From assembly GCF_006345805.1 (NCBI RefSeq), contig NC_043010.1:14570001-14634000 (forward strand): DNA of 64,000 nt. The letters are read 5' to 3'. The notes beneath the pieces are model-generated. The model searched no databases, was not told the origin of the DNA, and saw only the letters and a program-made list of their open reading frames with translations. Below, in pieces: positions 51,875 to 63,811 of the stretch. How positions within the stretch are numbered: position 1 is the first letter of the stretch; every line of letters starts with the position of its first letter. The stretch comes from Octopus sinensis. Lineage: Eukaryota. The position numbers were made by a program, and so were the translations under genes.

Positions 51875-52329
51875 TACTAGAAGAACATAAAAATATTTTT
51901 TTAAAAGTTATTAACTTTGTTGCTTCATCCCAGAAAGGAGCAGATATCCCCAAATGTTCCATAAAGGTCCTGTGTGAGATAAATTCCAAAATGAAAACTT
52001 CTTCCTTCAGAAGCAAAACTTTTACAGCGAAACTTAAGTGCATCTAAACGAAGACAGCAGCAAATAATAATAACAGCTGTTTCTTACACTGGAACATTAT
52101 ATCAACCCTAATATATGATGGGTACTTTTTCTATCGACGTCGAGAGGATAAAATAAGTTGATTCTGAGTGATTTGGACTCAGTACGTAAAAAATTGGAAC
52201 AAATACCACAAGGCATTTTCCCGACTGACACCCTAACGATTCTGCCACTCCACCCTTAATGATAATAATGATAATAGTAGTAGCAGCAGCAGCAGCAGCA
52301 GTAGTAGTTTTGATACAAATCGTGTAAGT

Positions 52330-52872
52330 TGAGCACACTTTTGTATGGGGCAGAAGCATGAAACCATTCAAATGTGCTGTTTGTGCAATACCTGCAACAT
52401 AAAATGGCAAGATATCAAATGTCAACATTTTAGAAAAATGTGATATCGCTAGTTTCAAAAGCATGCTGCTGAGAATTCAGTGCAGATGCGTAGAACACGT
52501 TGTTCGAATGTAAGACGATCGCATTCCGAAAATTCTTTTCTGTGGCCAACAAGTAGAAGGATGATGCGGTAAAGAATGACCCGTTCTTGGGTATAACGAA
52601 AAGTTGAAGCAATCGCTAAAATCTCTACCCCTTAATTTGACATCTTGGGAAAGCTCATTGCCAAGATCGATCTGCATGGAGGGAAATGTGTCATGATGCC
52701 TCAAAACAATTTGAGTTGAAGAAACAGAACTATAAAACAATTATATCCTGCAATCAACAGAGATATTTGTCCAATACCAGACAAAATCAAAATCATCAGA
52801 CTCCACGTTGTAATTTCATAGCAAAATTCATCCCGGGACTCGAATTACATTCACGCACCCATCACAAATAGA
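52330..52872 (+). mobile_element. RTE-clade LINE 3' fragment
   Basis: TLLYGAEA, KWQD, MLLRIQCRCVEHVVRM*DDRIPKILF, DRSAWR, terminal C2H2-like PRCNF..LELHSRTH. Confidence 0.7.
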
Positions 52873-53074
52873 TACATCCTTCTTTTATTTTTATCGTTTT
52901 TTCTTTTATCCTTTTCTTTTTAAAACCTTCTCCTTCAAACACTCATACGTCGAAATCGACGGGAGTGATCACCACCTACGCCACCACTAGTAGTAGTAGC
53001 AGCAGCAGCAGTAGTGGTTATTTTATATGCTTAACACGCACAAGGTCGCGATTTCGAAACACGTTGCAGCCTCA

Positions 53075-54195
53075 GTTTTCTATGAAAGGTCAGGCAATCG
53101 TGGTCAATGGAGCAACCTCTAAGGAAAGAAAAATAGTGAGTGGTGTTCCACAAGGCCTGTCTAAGAACCGCTGCTATTCATTGTGACGCTCTCACACATG
53201 CTCCCAGTTGCTCAGATAGTCATCCATACTAGCTATGCAGACGATACAAGTCTCTCAGAGGATACAGAACCCTGGAGATGTAGCGCACCTGCAACAGGAG
53301 TTGGATGCAATATAAAGGTGGACTGAGGACAGTAACATGTAGTTTAATGCTGGAAAAGTCCATGAACTGCGCTACCAGTACACGAAACTGAATGAAATAC
53401 AGACAGGAGACACCCCTGAATCAACATCAGCGCGCAACCTGAGCGTTGACATGAGTAATGATACATTTTTCCAGATACATATTACTAAGTTAGCAATAAA
53501 ATGCACGCGGTTGGTCAGATGAATCCTTAGAACTTTCAGAACGAGAGAACAGGAAACTATGTTGGTCCCCTGGGTCACATTAGTCCTCAGCCGCTTAGAC
53601 TATTGCTCCTAACTATATCACCACACAGTATAAAATTAACGGCAGGATTCGAAGCAACAGTGAAGTTACATAAAGATCTTCTTAATGCAACGGGTCAGCT
53701 ACTGAGAACAGCTGAAAATGTTGATACTCAACTCTCTGGAATGAAGGAGAGAAAAATATGCAGTGATACACATTTTTAAAATCCAGAAAGGACTAGTGCT
53801 AAACTTTGGCATTGAAAGTTACACAAACACCAGAATTGGTGGGGGCCACTGTATAGTGCCAAAGATCCCATCACCATCAAGGTAGAGAGCCAGATACAGC
53901 AACAGCTTGGATTTCTAAAGCTCACAGCTCTGCAGTATTCTCCCAAAAAACCTGAGAGCCCTACATAGAATGGATGTCGGTATCTTCCTGACAAAACTGG
54001 ATCTCCTCCTGTTGAAAGTTCCGGATAAAACCTCCCTCGCGGCAAGAAATACTGAGGACAGCAACATTAAACTCCCTCGCTCACTAAATACCACTCATCA
54101 GAGGATGTTTTAAGTAATGAAAACATAAAAAATGTAGCAAATCTGAGGGCGGTGCCCCAGCATGGCCGCAACTCTCGAGCTGAAACTAGAAAAAG
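53075..54195 (+). mobile_element. CR1-like LINE 3' fragment (same family as 37319-39770)
   Basis: VVNGATSKERKIVSGVPQG, SYADDT, LQQELDAIY..; ends gggcggtgccccagcatggccgca...gctgaaactagaaaaaga. Confidence 0.85.
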
Positions 54196-54400
54196 AGTTA
54201 TTACTAAGAAATAAGTAAATAGGAAATAGTTTCTCTTCCTCAGAAGAGAAACGGGTAGACTGATTAAAAAGCGGTGTGTGTGTGTGCGTGTACCTGCATT
54301 TATGTTAAGATATATATAAAAAACAATTCTATATTAAGCTTAAGACTTACTCAATACGATTTTGTAGAGTATGTTTATAAACTTTTATAAGGAAACGGTT

Positions 54401-54446
54401 GACTGTGACTCCGAAGTTTCGGCTCGTTCACCTTCATCGGGTAATC
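54401..54446 (-). ncRNA. Degenerate hammerhead-like motif with CCGAUGA core
   Basis: CCGAUGA 54440-54434, AGG..CC stem II, GAAAC, quasi-palindromic stem III ACUUCGGAGU, GUC site; stem I only 4 of 6 paired. Confidence 0.35.
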
Positions 54447-55133
54447 TGAGGATGGCAAACAGGCGGAAACTTGGAAGTCATTGTCAAATCTTTTCATTGT
54501 ATAAGTTAATATGTGTATGTATGTACGTATGCATGTATGCACGTATGTATGCGTGTGTATGCGTGTGTATGCGTGTGTGTGTATGCATGTGTGTGTGTGT
54601 ATGCATGTGTGTGTGTGTTTGTAGTTGTGTTTGTACCTGGTAAGTTGGTAGGTGAGTTGAAAGTAGAGAATAGGCGGGATATGGCTGGTTGGTTCGTTGG
54701 TTGGTTTGTATATAGAATGGTTGCGAGTGAATGAGATGGAATTAGCTCGCAAGTATTTGAATAAATATTGAGAGAAAGAGAGAGAAAAGGAGAGAGAGAG
54801 AGGGTGTGAGGGAGGGAGAGAGAGAGGATGGGTATGAGTGTCAGAGAAAAACAGAGGTTGAAAGATTACTCAGAATCAGAAAAAAAATTTCTTGTCGCCT
54901 TCAAAAGTTGAAATATTCTGAAAGAAAGTGAGAAAGAAAGAGGAAGAAAGAAGAACAGACAGATTTGGAAACAGATAGAGAGAAAGAGAAACAAAGAAGT
55001 TTGAAGAACCTAACAATGGCGTCACATTCTCCACCAAAGCTGGAACTCTTACGAAGACAATCAACTCTGATTTTATTGTTAGCTCCACGTATGTCTTATT
55101 GGGGCAGATACAAATAATGCATGACATACAGTC

Positions 55134-55165
<32 letters not shown>

Positions 55166-55359
55166 ATGTATATATATATATATACTGCATAGAAAACTGT
55201 AACAAACATACTCACGAACACTATAACAAACGCACTAACACATGTATATATGTATATATACATACTTTCATACACACCTACCTACCTACATATATACATA
55301 CATACAAACGTACGAACGCACGTACATACATATGCACATGCATTCTCACACACACACAC

Positions 55360-55425
<66 letters not shown>

Positions 55426-55952
55426 TTCAAACGTAGATTGTAGTTATGTTTACAATTATTTCTATAAGCATAAAATTATAACTGTTTTTATAAGATGTAC
55501 ATACAAACACACACGCAGGCATACATACATACATATATATACATATATGCATACATACATACATACATACATACATACATACATCTATAATGTGTGTGTG
55601 TGCGTGTGTGAGCGTGCATGTGCGTGTGTGTCTATGTGTTTGTGTATAGAATCTTGCTTATTGTTATACATACAGGAATGATCTATATTCAGTGTATATA
55701 CTTATGGTGTATATTGTATTCTTGCAGGCATACGGTCATGTATTCATTTATATCTCGTCTTTGGTATCTACCATTGTTCATACTTCTGTGTGACTCACAC
55801 GAAAAGATGAAATATTGGGTTTGTCTCCACAGCGTTTAAACACGCGGTGGCGATGGCGAATAACTGCCCGCTGCGACGGCAGTAAAACACCTTCACACAA
55901 GAATCTGGCTACAGTCCTGGAAGCTAATGTTCCGTTCTAGTTACACCAGAGA

Positions 55953-56050
55953 ACTTACTTCTGTGAGCTACAGAGAGCCTCTGGATGTTCCGTGTATCGG
56001 TTGTATTTATAAAGAATTTTTGAAACGGAGAAGGGGTGGGTGGGGAGGGA
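55953..56050 (-). promoter_or_regulatory. Candidate VMAT core promoter and short non-coding first exon
   Basis: On the minus strand: Sp/KLF-type G-rich boxes (plus strand ggggtgggtggggaggg, 56034-56050), TATAAATA at 56011-56004, Inr-like CCAGA ~29 nt downstream (55982), donor cagaa|GTAAGT at 55958, then a CpG-rich stretch at ~55840-55900. Motif-based inference only. Confidence 0.3.
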
Positions 56051-56229
56051 TTCGTTCCTCTTTAAAGAATTCATAGCCATTTTGTTCACATGAAGTAAAT
56101 TAATGCCAGAACTGAGTTAACTAAATAGATGGAATATGGATTGATCGAGGGACAAAATGGCTGGCCGGTGTAAGTGAATATATATGTGTGTGTGTGTGTG
56201 TATTTGTTCTTTGTGCGTGAACATAGTGT

Positions 56230-56470
56230 ATATGTGTGTGTGTGAAAGAGAGAGAGAGAAAGAGGGAGATAGAGGGGAGAGGGGGTAAGAGAGAGGGAGC
56301 AGAGAAAAGGGGAAGAGAGAGAGAAAGAGAGAGAAAGAAAGAGAGAGAGAAAAAAAGAGAGAGAGAGAAAGAAAGAGAGAGAGAGAAAGAAAGAGAGAGA
56401 AAAAGGAGAGAGAGAAGGAAAGAAGAGAGAGAGAGAAAGAAAGAGAGAGAGAGAAAGAAAGAGAGAGAGA
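56230..56470. repeat. (GA/GAAA)n purine tract
   Basis: Directly visible. Confidence 0.9.
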
Positions 56471-57140
56471 TTAACAGAAAGACATAGATATACAGATACA
56501 TTTGCGTTTGCATATGTGTATAAAGGTATGTGTATTTTCAACTTTGTGTGTGTGTGTGTATGTGTGTGTGTGTTCGTGTGCAAGTCAGAAGCAACTAACG
56601 CTATACACACAGAATAGAAGCAGACTGTCCCCCCTCCAAATACGTCCACCGCTGTCCTCCTACACACATCTACACACCACTGTCCTCTGTCCCGACACAC
56701 CATCATTGCTAATAATGTCTTGGTAAGAGACGCTGTAGAATTGTCTCCAGTTATTGCTGAGAGAATTCCGTATTTTCTTTATTACTTTCCATATTTATAC
56801 TTTGTTCTGTTATCATTATTGGTGCTGTTGTTGTTGCTGTTGTTGTCGTTGGTCTTCTCTTATTTGCAACTTTCATCAATATAGAGAATGAGGGCGCCAC
56901 CGTGTGCTGCAGGCCGTTCATATTACGCATGTATATAAACACGTACACAAATAGATGAACGTGTACGCAATTGGCTGTGGTTTTGGTTTGTGTGTGTGTG
57001 TGTACGAGCAGATATATATATATATATATAGTATAGGTCCCGGTTTGATTCGGGGTTACCACATAAATAAGGTACTCAATACATATATAGTAAAATTATA
57101 TAAGCTCCTTCTATATAATATATATATATATATATATATA

Positions 57141-57318
57141 AAATAATATGTTACATTACTCGGTAGTCAAGATAAAACTCTGAGTTTCAGATGCCGAAGT
57201 GGGAATCCACAACGTCATCTCTTCGAAGATAACCGAAGAGATGACGTTGTGGATTCCCACTTCGGCATCTGAAACTCAGAGTTTTATCTTGACTATTGAG
57301 TAATGTAACATATTATTT
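57141..57318. repeat. 85-bp-arm palindrome of a Penelope-like terminal repeat
   Basis: Arms 57141-57225 and 57234-57318, 8-nt spacer aagataac, two mismatches. Confidence 0.92.
57226..57290 (+). ncRNA. Hammerhead-like motif with non-canonical CCGAAGA core
   Basis: Perfect 7-bp stem I AAGAUAA/UUAUCUU; CCGAAGA 57233-57239; stem II GAUG..GUGG-AUUC-CCAC..CAUC with an extra U before GAAA (57271); stem III ACUCaGAGU; predicted site after GUU at 57283. Confidence 0.6.
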
Positions 57319-57398
57319 TATAGATAAATTTCCTCTATTTACATAATATTGAGGTCTCTTTCTTTCTTTTGTTATCTTACCGTTTTACCAATATATAT

Positions 57399-57740
57399 GT
57401 CCCACTGCGCGGCATCTTGGGCAAGTGTCTTCTGCTATAGCCCCGGGCCGACCAATGCCTTGTGAGTGGATTTGGTAGACGGAAACTGAAAGAAGCCTGT
57501 CGTGTATATGTATATATATATATATGTATGTGTGTGTGTTTGTGTGTCTGTGTTTGTCCCCCTAGCATTGCTTGACAACCGATACTGGTGTGTTTATGTC
57601 CCCGTTACTTAGCGGTTCGGCAAAAGAGACCGATAGAATAAGTACTGGGCTTACAAAGAATAAGTCCCGGGGTCGAGTTGCTCGACTAAAGGCGGTGCTC
57701 CAGCATGGCCGCAGTCAAATGACTGAAACAAGTAAAAGAG
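57399..57740 (+). mobile_element. SINE family B, 5' truncated
   Basis: From cccactgcgcggcatcttgggcaagtg to actgaaacaagtaaaagag. Confidence 0.88.
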
Positions 57741-57752
57741 TAAGAGTAAAGA

Positions 57753-57811
<59 letters not shown>

Positions 57812-57911
57812 TTGATTGATAGGTAGGCAAACATCTCGGTAAGTGAAAACGAAAGAAAATTCAACAGTTTTTGTGTTGTAAGCATTTAATTTAATTGTGG
57901 AATTGCGTATA

Positions 57912-59199
57912 TATTAGATTGTCCGGAAAGTTCTGAGAGTTTTAAAGTTAAATCTTTTAACGCTTCATTGAACACACCTGAAACGTAGATCAGTTAAAAC
58001 TTTGGCATTGCTTGAAATGGTGGTGCATCTCTTCTTTGTTCCTGACTAAAAATAGATTTATCTTTCATTCCGGTTACCCTTTAACATTTGAAATGGATAA
58101 CCCAAAATATTCGCGTTGCAATGCTTTTTCTTTTTTATATAAAAGGTGAAAACGCTGCAAAAACTATCAAAAACATTTGTGAAATTTATGGTGATGATGA
58201 TGCTGTAGGTGAATCAAGTGTTCGAAGGTGGTTTGCAAAATTTGAAGCTGGAGAGTCTAGCTTGGAAGACGACAGCCGCAGTGGAAGACCTTCAAAATTG
58301 GACGAAGATGTTTTGAAGGCAAAAATCGAAGAAATGTCAAATATCGCGACGAGAGAACTTGCAGAGGAGTCGGAAGTTTCTAAAAATGCAGCTCATGAAC
58401 ACCTTGTGAAGCTAGGATACATTTCTATTTATAATGTATGGGTCCCTCACAAACTCTCAGAAAGGAATTGCTTGGACCGGTATTCCGTTTGTTATATGTT
58501 TTTGAAACGGACTGAAAGCACACCTTTTTTGAAACAGCTTAACTGGAGATGAAAAATGGATTTTGTATGAAAACGTAGTGGGGGAAAAAATCCTAGTGTT
58601 TGCGTAAAGATTCCCCAAAACAACAACCACAGATGGATATCCATGCCAAGAAAAGCTATGCTTTGTATTTGGTGGGATCATAAAGGCATTATTTATTATG
58701 AGCTTCTCATAATTAATTCTGATATGTACTGTCGTTAGCTGGCTAATTTGAACTCCCCACCTCCAAAAAAAAAAAGGATTGAAGCCGGAGATTGCCAGCA
58801 GGAAAGGGGTAGTGTTCCAACAAGACAATGCCTGATCACATGTGTCTTTGGCTATCCGAACAAAGTCACATAAACTTAGCTGGGATCTCTTACCCCATCC
58901 ACCATATTCTCCTGATATTGCGCCATCTGACTACCACCTGTTTCTGTCTCCAGAGAACTCATTGCCAGGTAAAAACATCTAACCACTTAGATGGAGTCAA
59001 AATACATCTAGGTAACTTTTTTCTTCAAAATCAGTCAAATTTTATGCTGATGGAATATTTAAACTGCCTGATAGATGGACAAAGGTCATTAATAATAATG
59101 GAAATTATTTCATTGAGCAAAATTTATTGAAAGGCCAGTAATTTATATCTCTTTTCGAACATTAAAAAAAAAACTCAGAATTTTCTGGACAACCTAATA
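57912..59199 (+). mobile_element. Full-length decayed mariner (DD34D) transposon
   Basis: 26-bp TIRs tattagattgtccggaaagttctgag / ctcagaattttctggacaacctaata including the TA TSD; motifs SGRP, WVPHKL, TGDEKW, QQDNA, HPPYSPDIAPSDYHLF, broken by frameshifts. Confidence 0.93.
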
Positions 59200-59343
59200 T
59201 GTGCGCGCACATTCGTGTGCGCGTGCATATTCACATATCTATTTATCTATCTATCTATCTATTTACACACACACACGTATGTATGCATGTGTGTTTGTGT
59301 GTGTGTGTGTGTGTATGTGTGTGCGTGCGTGCATGTATGTATC

Positions 59344-60228
59344 TACGAAGGATATCCCAAAATAACCGGAAATGTTCTATGTGGGATAAGCCCATTGTAG
59401 TTCGAGCTCACGCCGCTAGAAGTCACTTGATGTGACCCTCAGGCACCAGTCTGCTGACTGGTGTCATCTATTGAGGCCGTATTGCCACGTGATGCGTCTT
59501 TGTTTTACAGTTCGTCTCTGTTGATCGATTATTGCGATGATTGAAACGAAGGAACAGAGTGCTTCCGTGAAATTCAGCGGCCGAAATAGTTGTCGTGCTT
59601 CAAACAGCTTACAATGACGCTGCCATAAGCAAAACACAAGTTTAAGAATGGGTTTTACGCTTTAGGAATGGTCCATTATCGCTTGAAGACCAGCTTCGTT
59701 CAGGGCAACTTCCCGAACGAATGAAAACATCACGAAAATTCATGAACTGATCTTGGTGGACCGTCACCGAACAACTGACGAACTTGTTGATATGACTGGT
59801 GTGTCCTGGAACTCCTGCCAACGAATTTTGAGCGAGGAACTGCAAATGAAAAGAATTTCAGCAAAATTTGTGCCTCGCTTGCTCACGGAAGATCAAAATC
59901 AGTCACGACTGAATAACGCGTGTCGTGTACTGAAAGAAGTTGACAGTTGATCTGGACTTGTTTTTGAAGGTCATCACTGATGACGAAAGCTGGTGCTACT
60001 GAGTTTGCAGATGTGGAAGAGATGAAGAAAAAAAAAACAGGACAGAGGCGTTAAAAGGCACCATTTCGCAAGAGTTCCAGCACTGCTTCGAACAGTGGAA
60101 AACGCATCTAGACCGATGGATTGTTTCAAATGGAGAATACTTTGAAGGTGATAAAAGTGTAAACATGTAAAACTGAGCGAAGGAAATGATATTGCAAAAT
60201 TCCGGTTTCTTTTGGGTACCCCTTCGTA
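59344..60228 (+). mobile_element. Internally deleted mariner of a second subfamily
   Basis: TIRs tacgaaggatatcccaaaataaccggaa / ttccggtttcttttgggtaccccttcgta; SAKFVPRLLT, ITDDESWCY, then a jump to the C-terminal GEYFEGDK. Confidence 0.88.
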
Positions 60229-60359
60229 TGTATGCTTAATTAACTCATTTATCGTTCCCTTGTATTTTTATCAAAATGTGTATCATTTTTATGGATTTTC
60301 TGAATAATCTCAGCCCCCTAAAATAGTTACAGCATCTAGGCTTTGTTGTGACAGTGTGT

Positions 60360-60553
60360 ATGCGTGAGTGTGTGTGTGCGTGTGTGTGTATGTGTATGTG
60401 AGAGAGAGAGTGTGTGTGTGTGCGCGAGAGAGAGTGTGTGTGTGTGTGCGAGAGAGAGAGAGAGAGAGTGTGTGTGTGTATGTGTATGTATGTGTATGTG
60501 AGAGAGAGAGTGTGTGTGTGTGCGTGCGAGAGAGAGAGAGAGAGTGTGTGTGT

Positions 60554-60589
<36 letters not shown>

Positions 60590-60730
60590 GCGAGAGTGTG
60601 TGTGTGTGTGGTGTGTGTGTGTGTGTGTGCGAGAGAGAGTGTGTGTGTGCGAGAGAGAGAGAGAGTGTGTGTACGAGAGAGAGTGTGTGTGTGCAAGAGA
60701 GAGAGAGTGTATGTGTGTGTGTGTGTACAG
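60360..60730. repeat. Compound (TG)n/(GA)n microsatellite
   Basis: Directly visible. Confidence 0.9.
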
Positions 60731-61613
60731 AGAGAAGGCGGGAGGGAGATGGAGGAGGAGAGAGGGAGAGAAAGAGTGGAATTCATTATATGAACCCGCT
60801 TTTAATTAGTCGTTGTTTGGACGGAAATCTGATTTGTTTTATTTGTATTTTTTTATTTATTTCCCTTCCCCGACTCTTTGTTCCTCGGAGAGCAACACGA
60901 TCCATGAGACCCAATCTATCGCGGCAACAAAGTACAGGGAGTTTCAAATATGTGTGCGAGTATGTCTGTGTGAATACTTCTGACTGAAAGATGTGTCGCC
61001 ATCATTAGCCTTGACTGGAGGAATTAATGTCGTCAGACGACGTCCATTCTCCTGTTGGCGGTCTTGTAGGGCTTAGCCATTATGCCTCTTCTCTACTTCA
61101 ACTTGGTTTCTCTCTCTCGTCTCCAGACAAGCAAAACGCTTTCCCGGTTGCCTCATCCATCCAGTGAGCAGTTTATTCATAAAATAGATACTGGTAAAAG
61201 TCAGTGTTAGAATTTACAAACACAAACATCGCTAAAAGTTGGCGGCATTTGACATTGTAGAAACTTGGAAACTTTATCAGATAATGACAAGACTTTTGTG
61301 TCTTTACTCTGCTAATACTTTTAATTCTTGGTCCAGAAGCAAATGTATGACTTAAAAGAAAAATAACGTTAAAATAATAATGAAGCCAAGAGAAAAACGG
61401 TGCTGACTGAATACCGAACCCCTCTAGACAAAATTCACCAATGCCAAGTATAAGTGGTATTACGATAATACAGATACACACACATATATATAATATCCCC
61501 AACCATGTCTGCGTGGGTCTGGATGTATTTCTATATGTACGTATGCATGCCTGTCCGCGTGTCTAGTATGCCTGGATGTATGTATGTATGTCTCCTCCCT
61601 CTCTATCTATCTA

Positions 61614-61652
<39 letters not shown>

Positions 61653-61889
61653 GAGAGTATCGTAGTTCGCTTGAAGCATTGTGTATTGTTTGTAAAATAT
61701 ATGTCTTGAATAGCACAACAATGCACTATAATAACAACAATGGACTGTAATAACTGTTACAATTTAATCACCCATAGTCTGATATAATATTTCGGAATAT
61801 AAAAATTATATATATATATATTGCTAGCCACTCATGAATCCCTGGGGTACAGAAGAGTGGCTAGGGATAGGCAAGTGGCTTGTGAAAGC

Positions 61890-62185
61890 TCTACAAACCA
61901 TGTACAGAGACACTGTAACTACGAGTACAGCGAAGAATTTTGCGTACAGATAGGTTTACATCAAGGCTCAATCCTCCGCCCCCTCCTTTTCATCATTGTC
62001 CGCCAGACCGTAACAGAGGAATTCAAGACCGGCAACCCCTGGGAACTACTATATGCTGATGATCTTGCCCTCGTAGTAGATTCCATATCAGAGCTAGAAG
62101 AGAAATTTCAGGCGTGGCAGCAAAACATAGAATCTAAGGGCCTTAAGGTTAACTTAGCAAAGCCTAAGGTCTTAGTAAGCACTGT
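61890..62185 (+). mobile_element. RTE-like RT fragment
   Basis: GLHQGSILRPLLFIIV, PWELLYADDLAL, GLKVNLAKPKVLV. Confidence 0.8.
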
Positions 62186-63745
62186 TTCGAACCTTGGAAT
62201 ATGGCCTCGATAAATGTGCAAAAGCTACCTTTATCAAAGGGAAAATGACAGAAACATCCAATGTCAATCTTGACTAGCAGAATGCCATAAAGGAGTTAGA
62301 ACCAGCGGAGAGTTACAAATACCTAGGGATATTTGAAGATGATGGAGTCAAACATGCAATGATGAAGGAAAGGATCAGAAGAGAATGTTATCGCAGGGTG
62401 AGAGCAATACTCAAGACAGAGCTGAATACAAGAAACAGGATCGAAGCGATCATTTCTTTAGCCATACCGGTCGAGACTTACAGTTTCAATATTATTAACT
62501 GGTGAATTACTGAAATAAGTCATCTTGACAGAAAAATACGAAAATTGTTGACAATGCATAGAATGCACCGCCCTAAGGCAGATATAGAACGACTTTACCT
62601 GCCAAGAAAAGAGGGTGGCCGTGGACTTTTACAACTGGCAATAACAATGAACACTGCCACAATTGGCCTAAATACCTACCTGAAAAAACTCTGATCAATG
62701 TGTATTAAAACTTGTCTTAAAGCATGAAAATAAGAAAGCATCATACTCAGTAACAAATAGGCAAAGGAATATCTAAGTGAATTCCAAATACAACAAATCC
62801 TAGAATTAAACGTACTTGAAACGAGCACAGAAAAGGCTAAGCGTATGAACATCAGTGATAAAACCGCTGCCTTATATATTTTTACTGATAAATGGCAAGA
62901 AAAACCTCTTAATGGCACATAACCAAAGAGAGCTAATAGTGCCGATGTTGACAAAGCCCTTACCCATCAATGGTTACTATCTTCTGGCTTAAAATCAGAA
63001 ACAGAAGGGTTTATCATTGCAGCCCAAGATCAATGCCTACCTACAAGGAAATACCAGGCCGATATATTAAAGAACGGCAGCAGCCCAACATGTTATGTAT
63101 GTAAACAACAAAATGAAACCATTGATCATGTCACCATGTGCAGTTTTCTCGTGCCTACAGAGCAAACTCCTAGACCTGTCCTATGATAAAAACTGGTGGG
63201 AACACAAACCACCTCCAGTGCTTGAAAATGATGACATGCGAATAGGCCAGACATTATAATGAAAGACTTCAGACAAAAATCATGCCTCCTCATTTACATG
63301 ACTATCACAATTGACAGAAATGTACGTGTCAAGACCTACCAAAAACCGAGCAAGTAAAAAGATCTTGAAATAGAAATTGGCAAAATGTGGAACCTCAAGA
63401 CTAAAACGATACCTGTTGTCATAGGTGCCCTGGGAATGATAACAAAAGGGGCTGATTGCTACCTAGCTCAGATACCAGGAAACCCCCAAATGGCAAAAAT
63501 TCGAAAGATAGTGCTCATGGGAACTGCCCATATCCTACGTAAAATACTGTCGATGTAATCTCAAATTTTAAAGCAAACTCATAATTTTCTTACGTTTTCT
63601 TAAACATTCTCTAGAACAATACTATGTACAAAACCAAATGCATGGCACCCTAGGCATAACAACAACATGAACTTCTAACTTGTCTCTTGAGTCTCTGGAT
63701 GAGACTTGGAGCCAACTTGTACAAAAACAAAGCAAAAGTCAAACA
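62186..63745 (+). mobile_element. R4/Dong-clade non-LTR retrotransposon, 3' half with UTR
   Basis: EYGLDKCA, YKYLGIFE, LDRKIRKLLTMHRMH, RLYLPRKEGGRGL, C..C...ETIDH knuckle, DLEIEI..IPVVIGALGM (REL region), 3' UTR, then (CAA)n(TAA)n. Confidence 0.88.
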
Positions 63746-63766
63746 AATACCAACAACAACAACAAC

Positions 63767-63798
<32 letters not shown>

Positions 63799-63811
63799 TA
63801 ATAATAATAAT

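Noticed and set aside
59956-59970. CTGATGACGAAA resembling a hammerhead core
   Set aside because: It is the coding sequence for the mariner TDDE motif and has no room for stem II.
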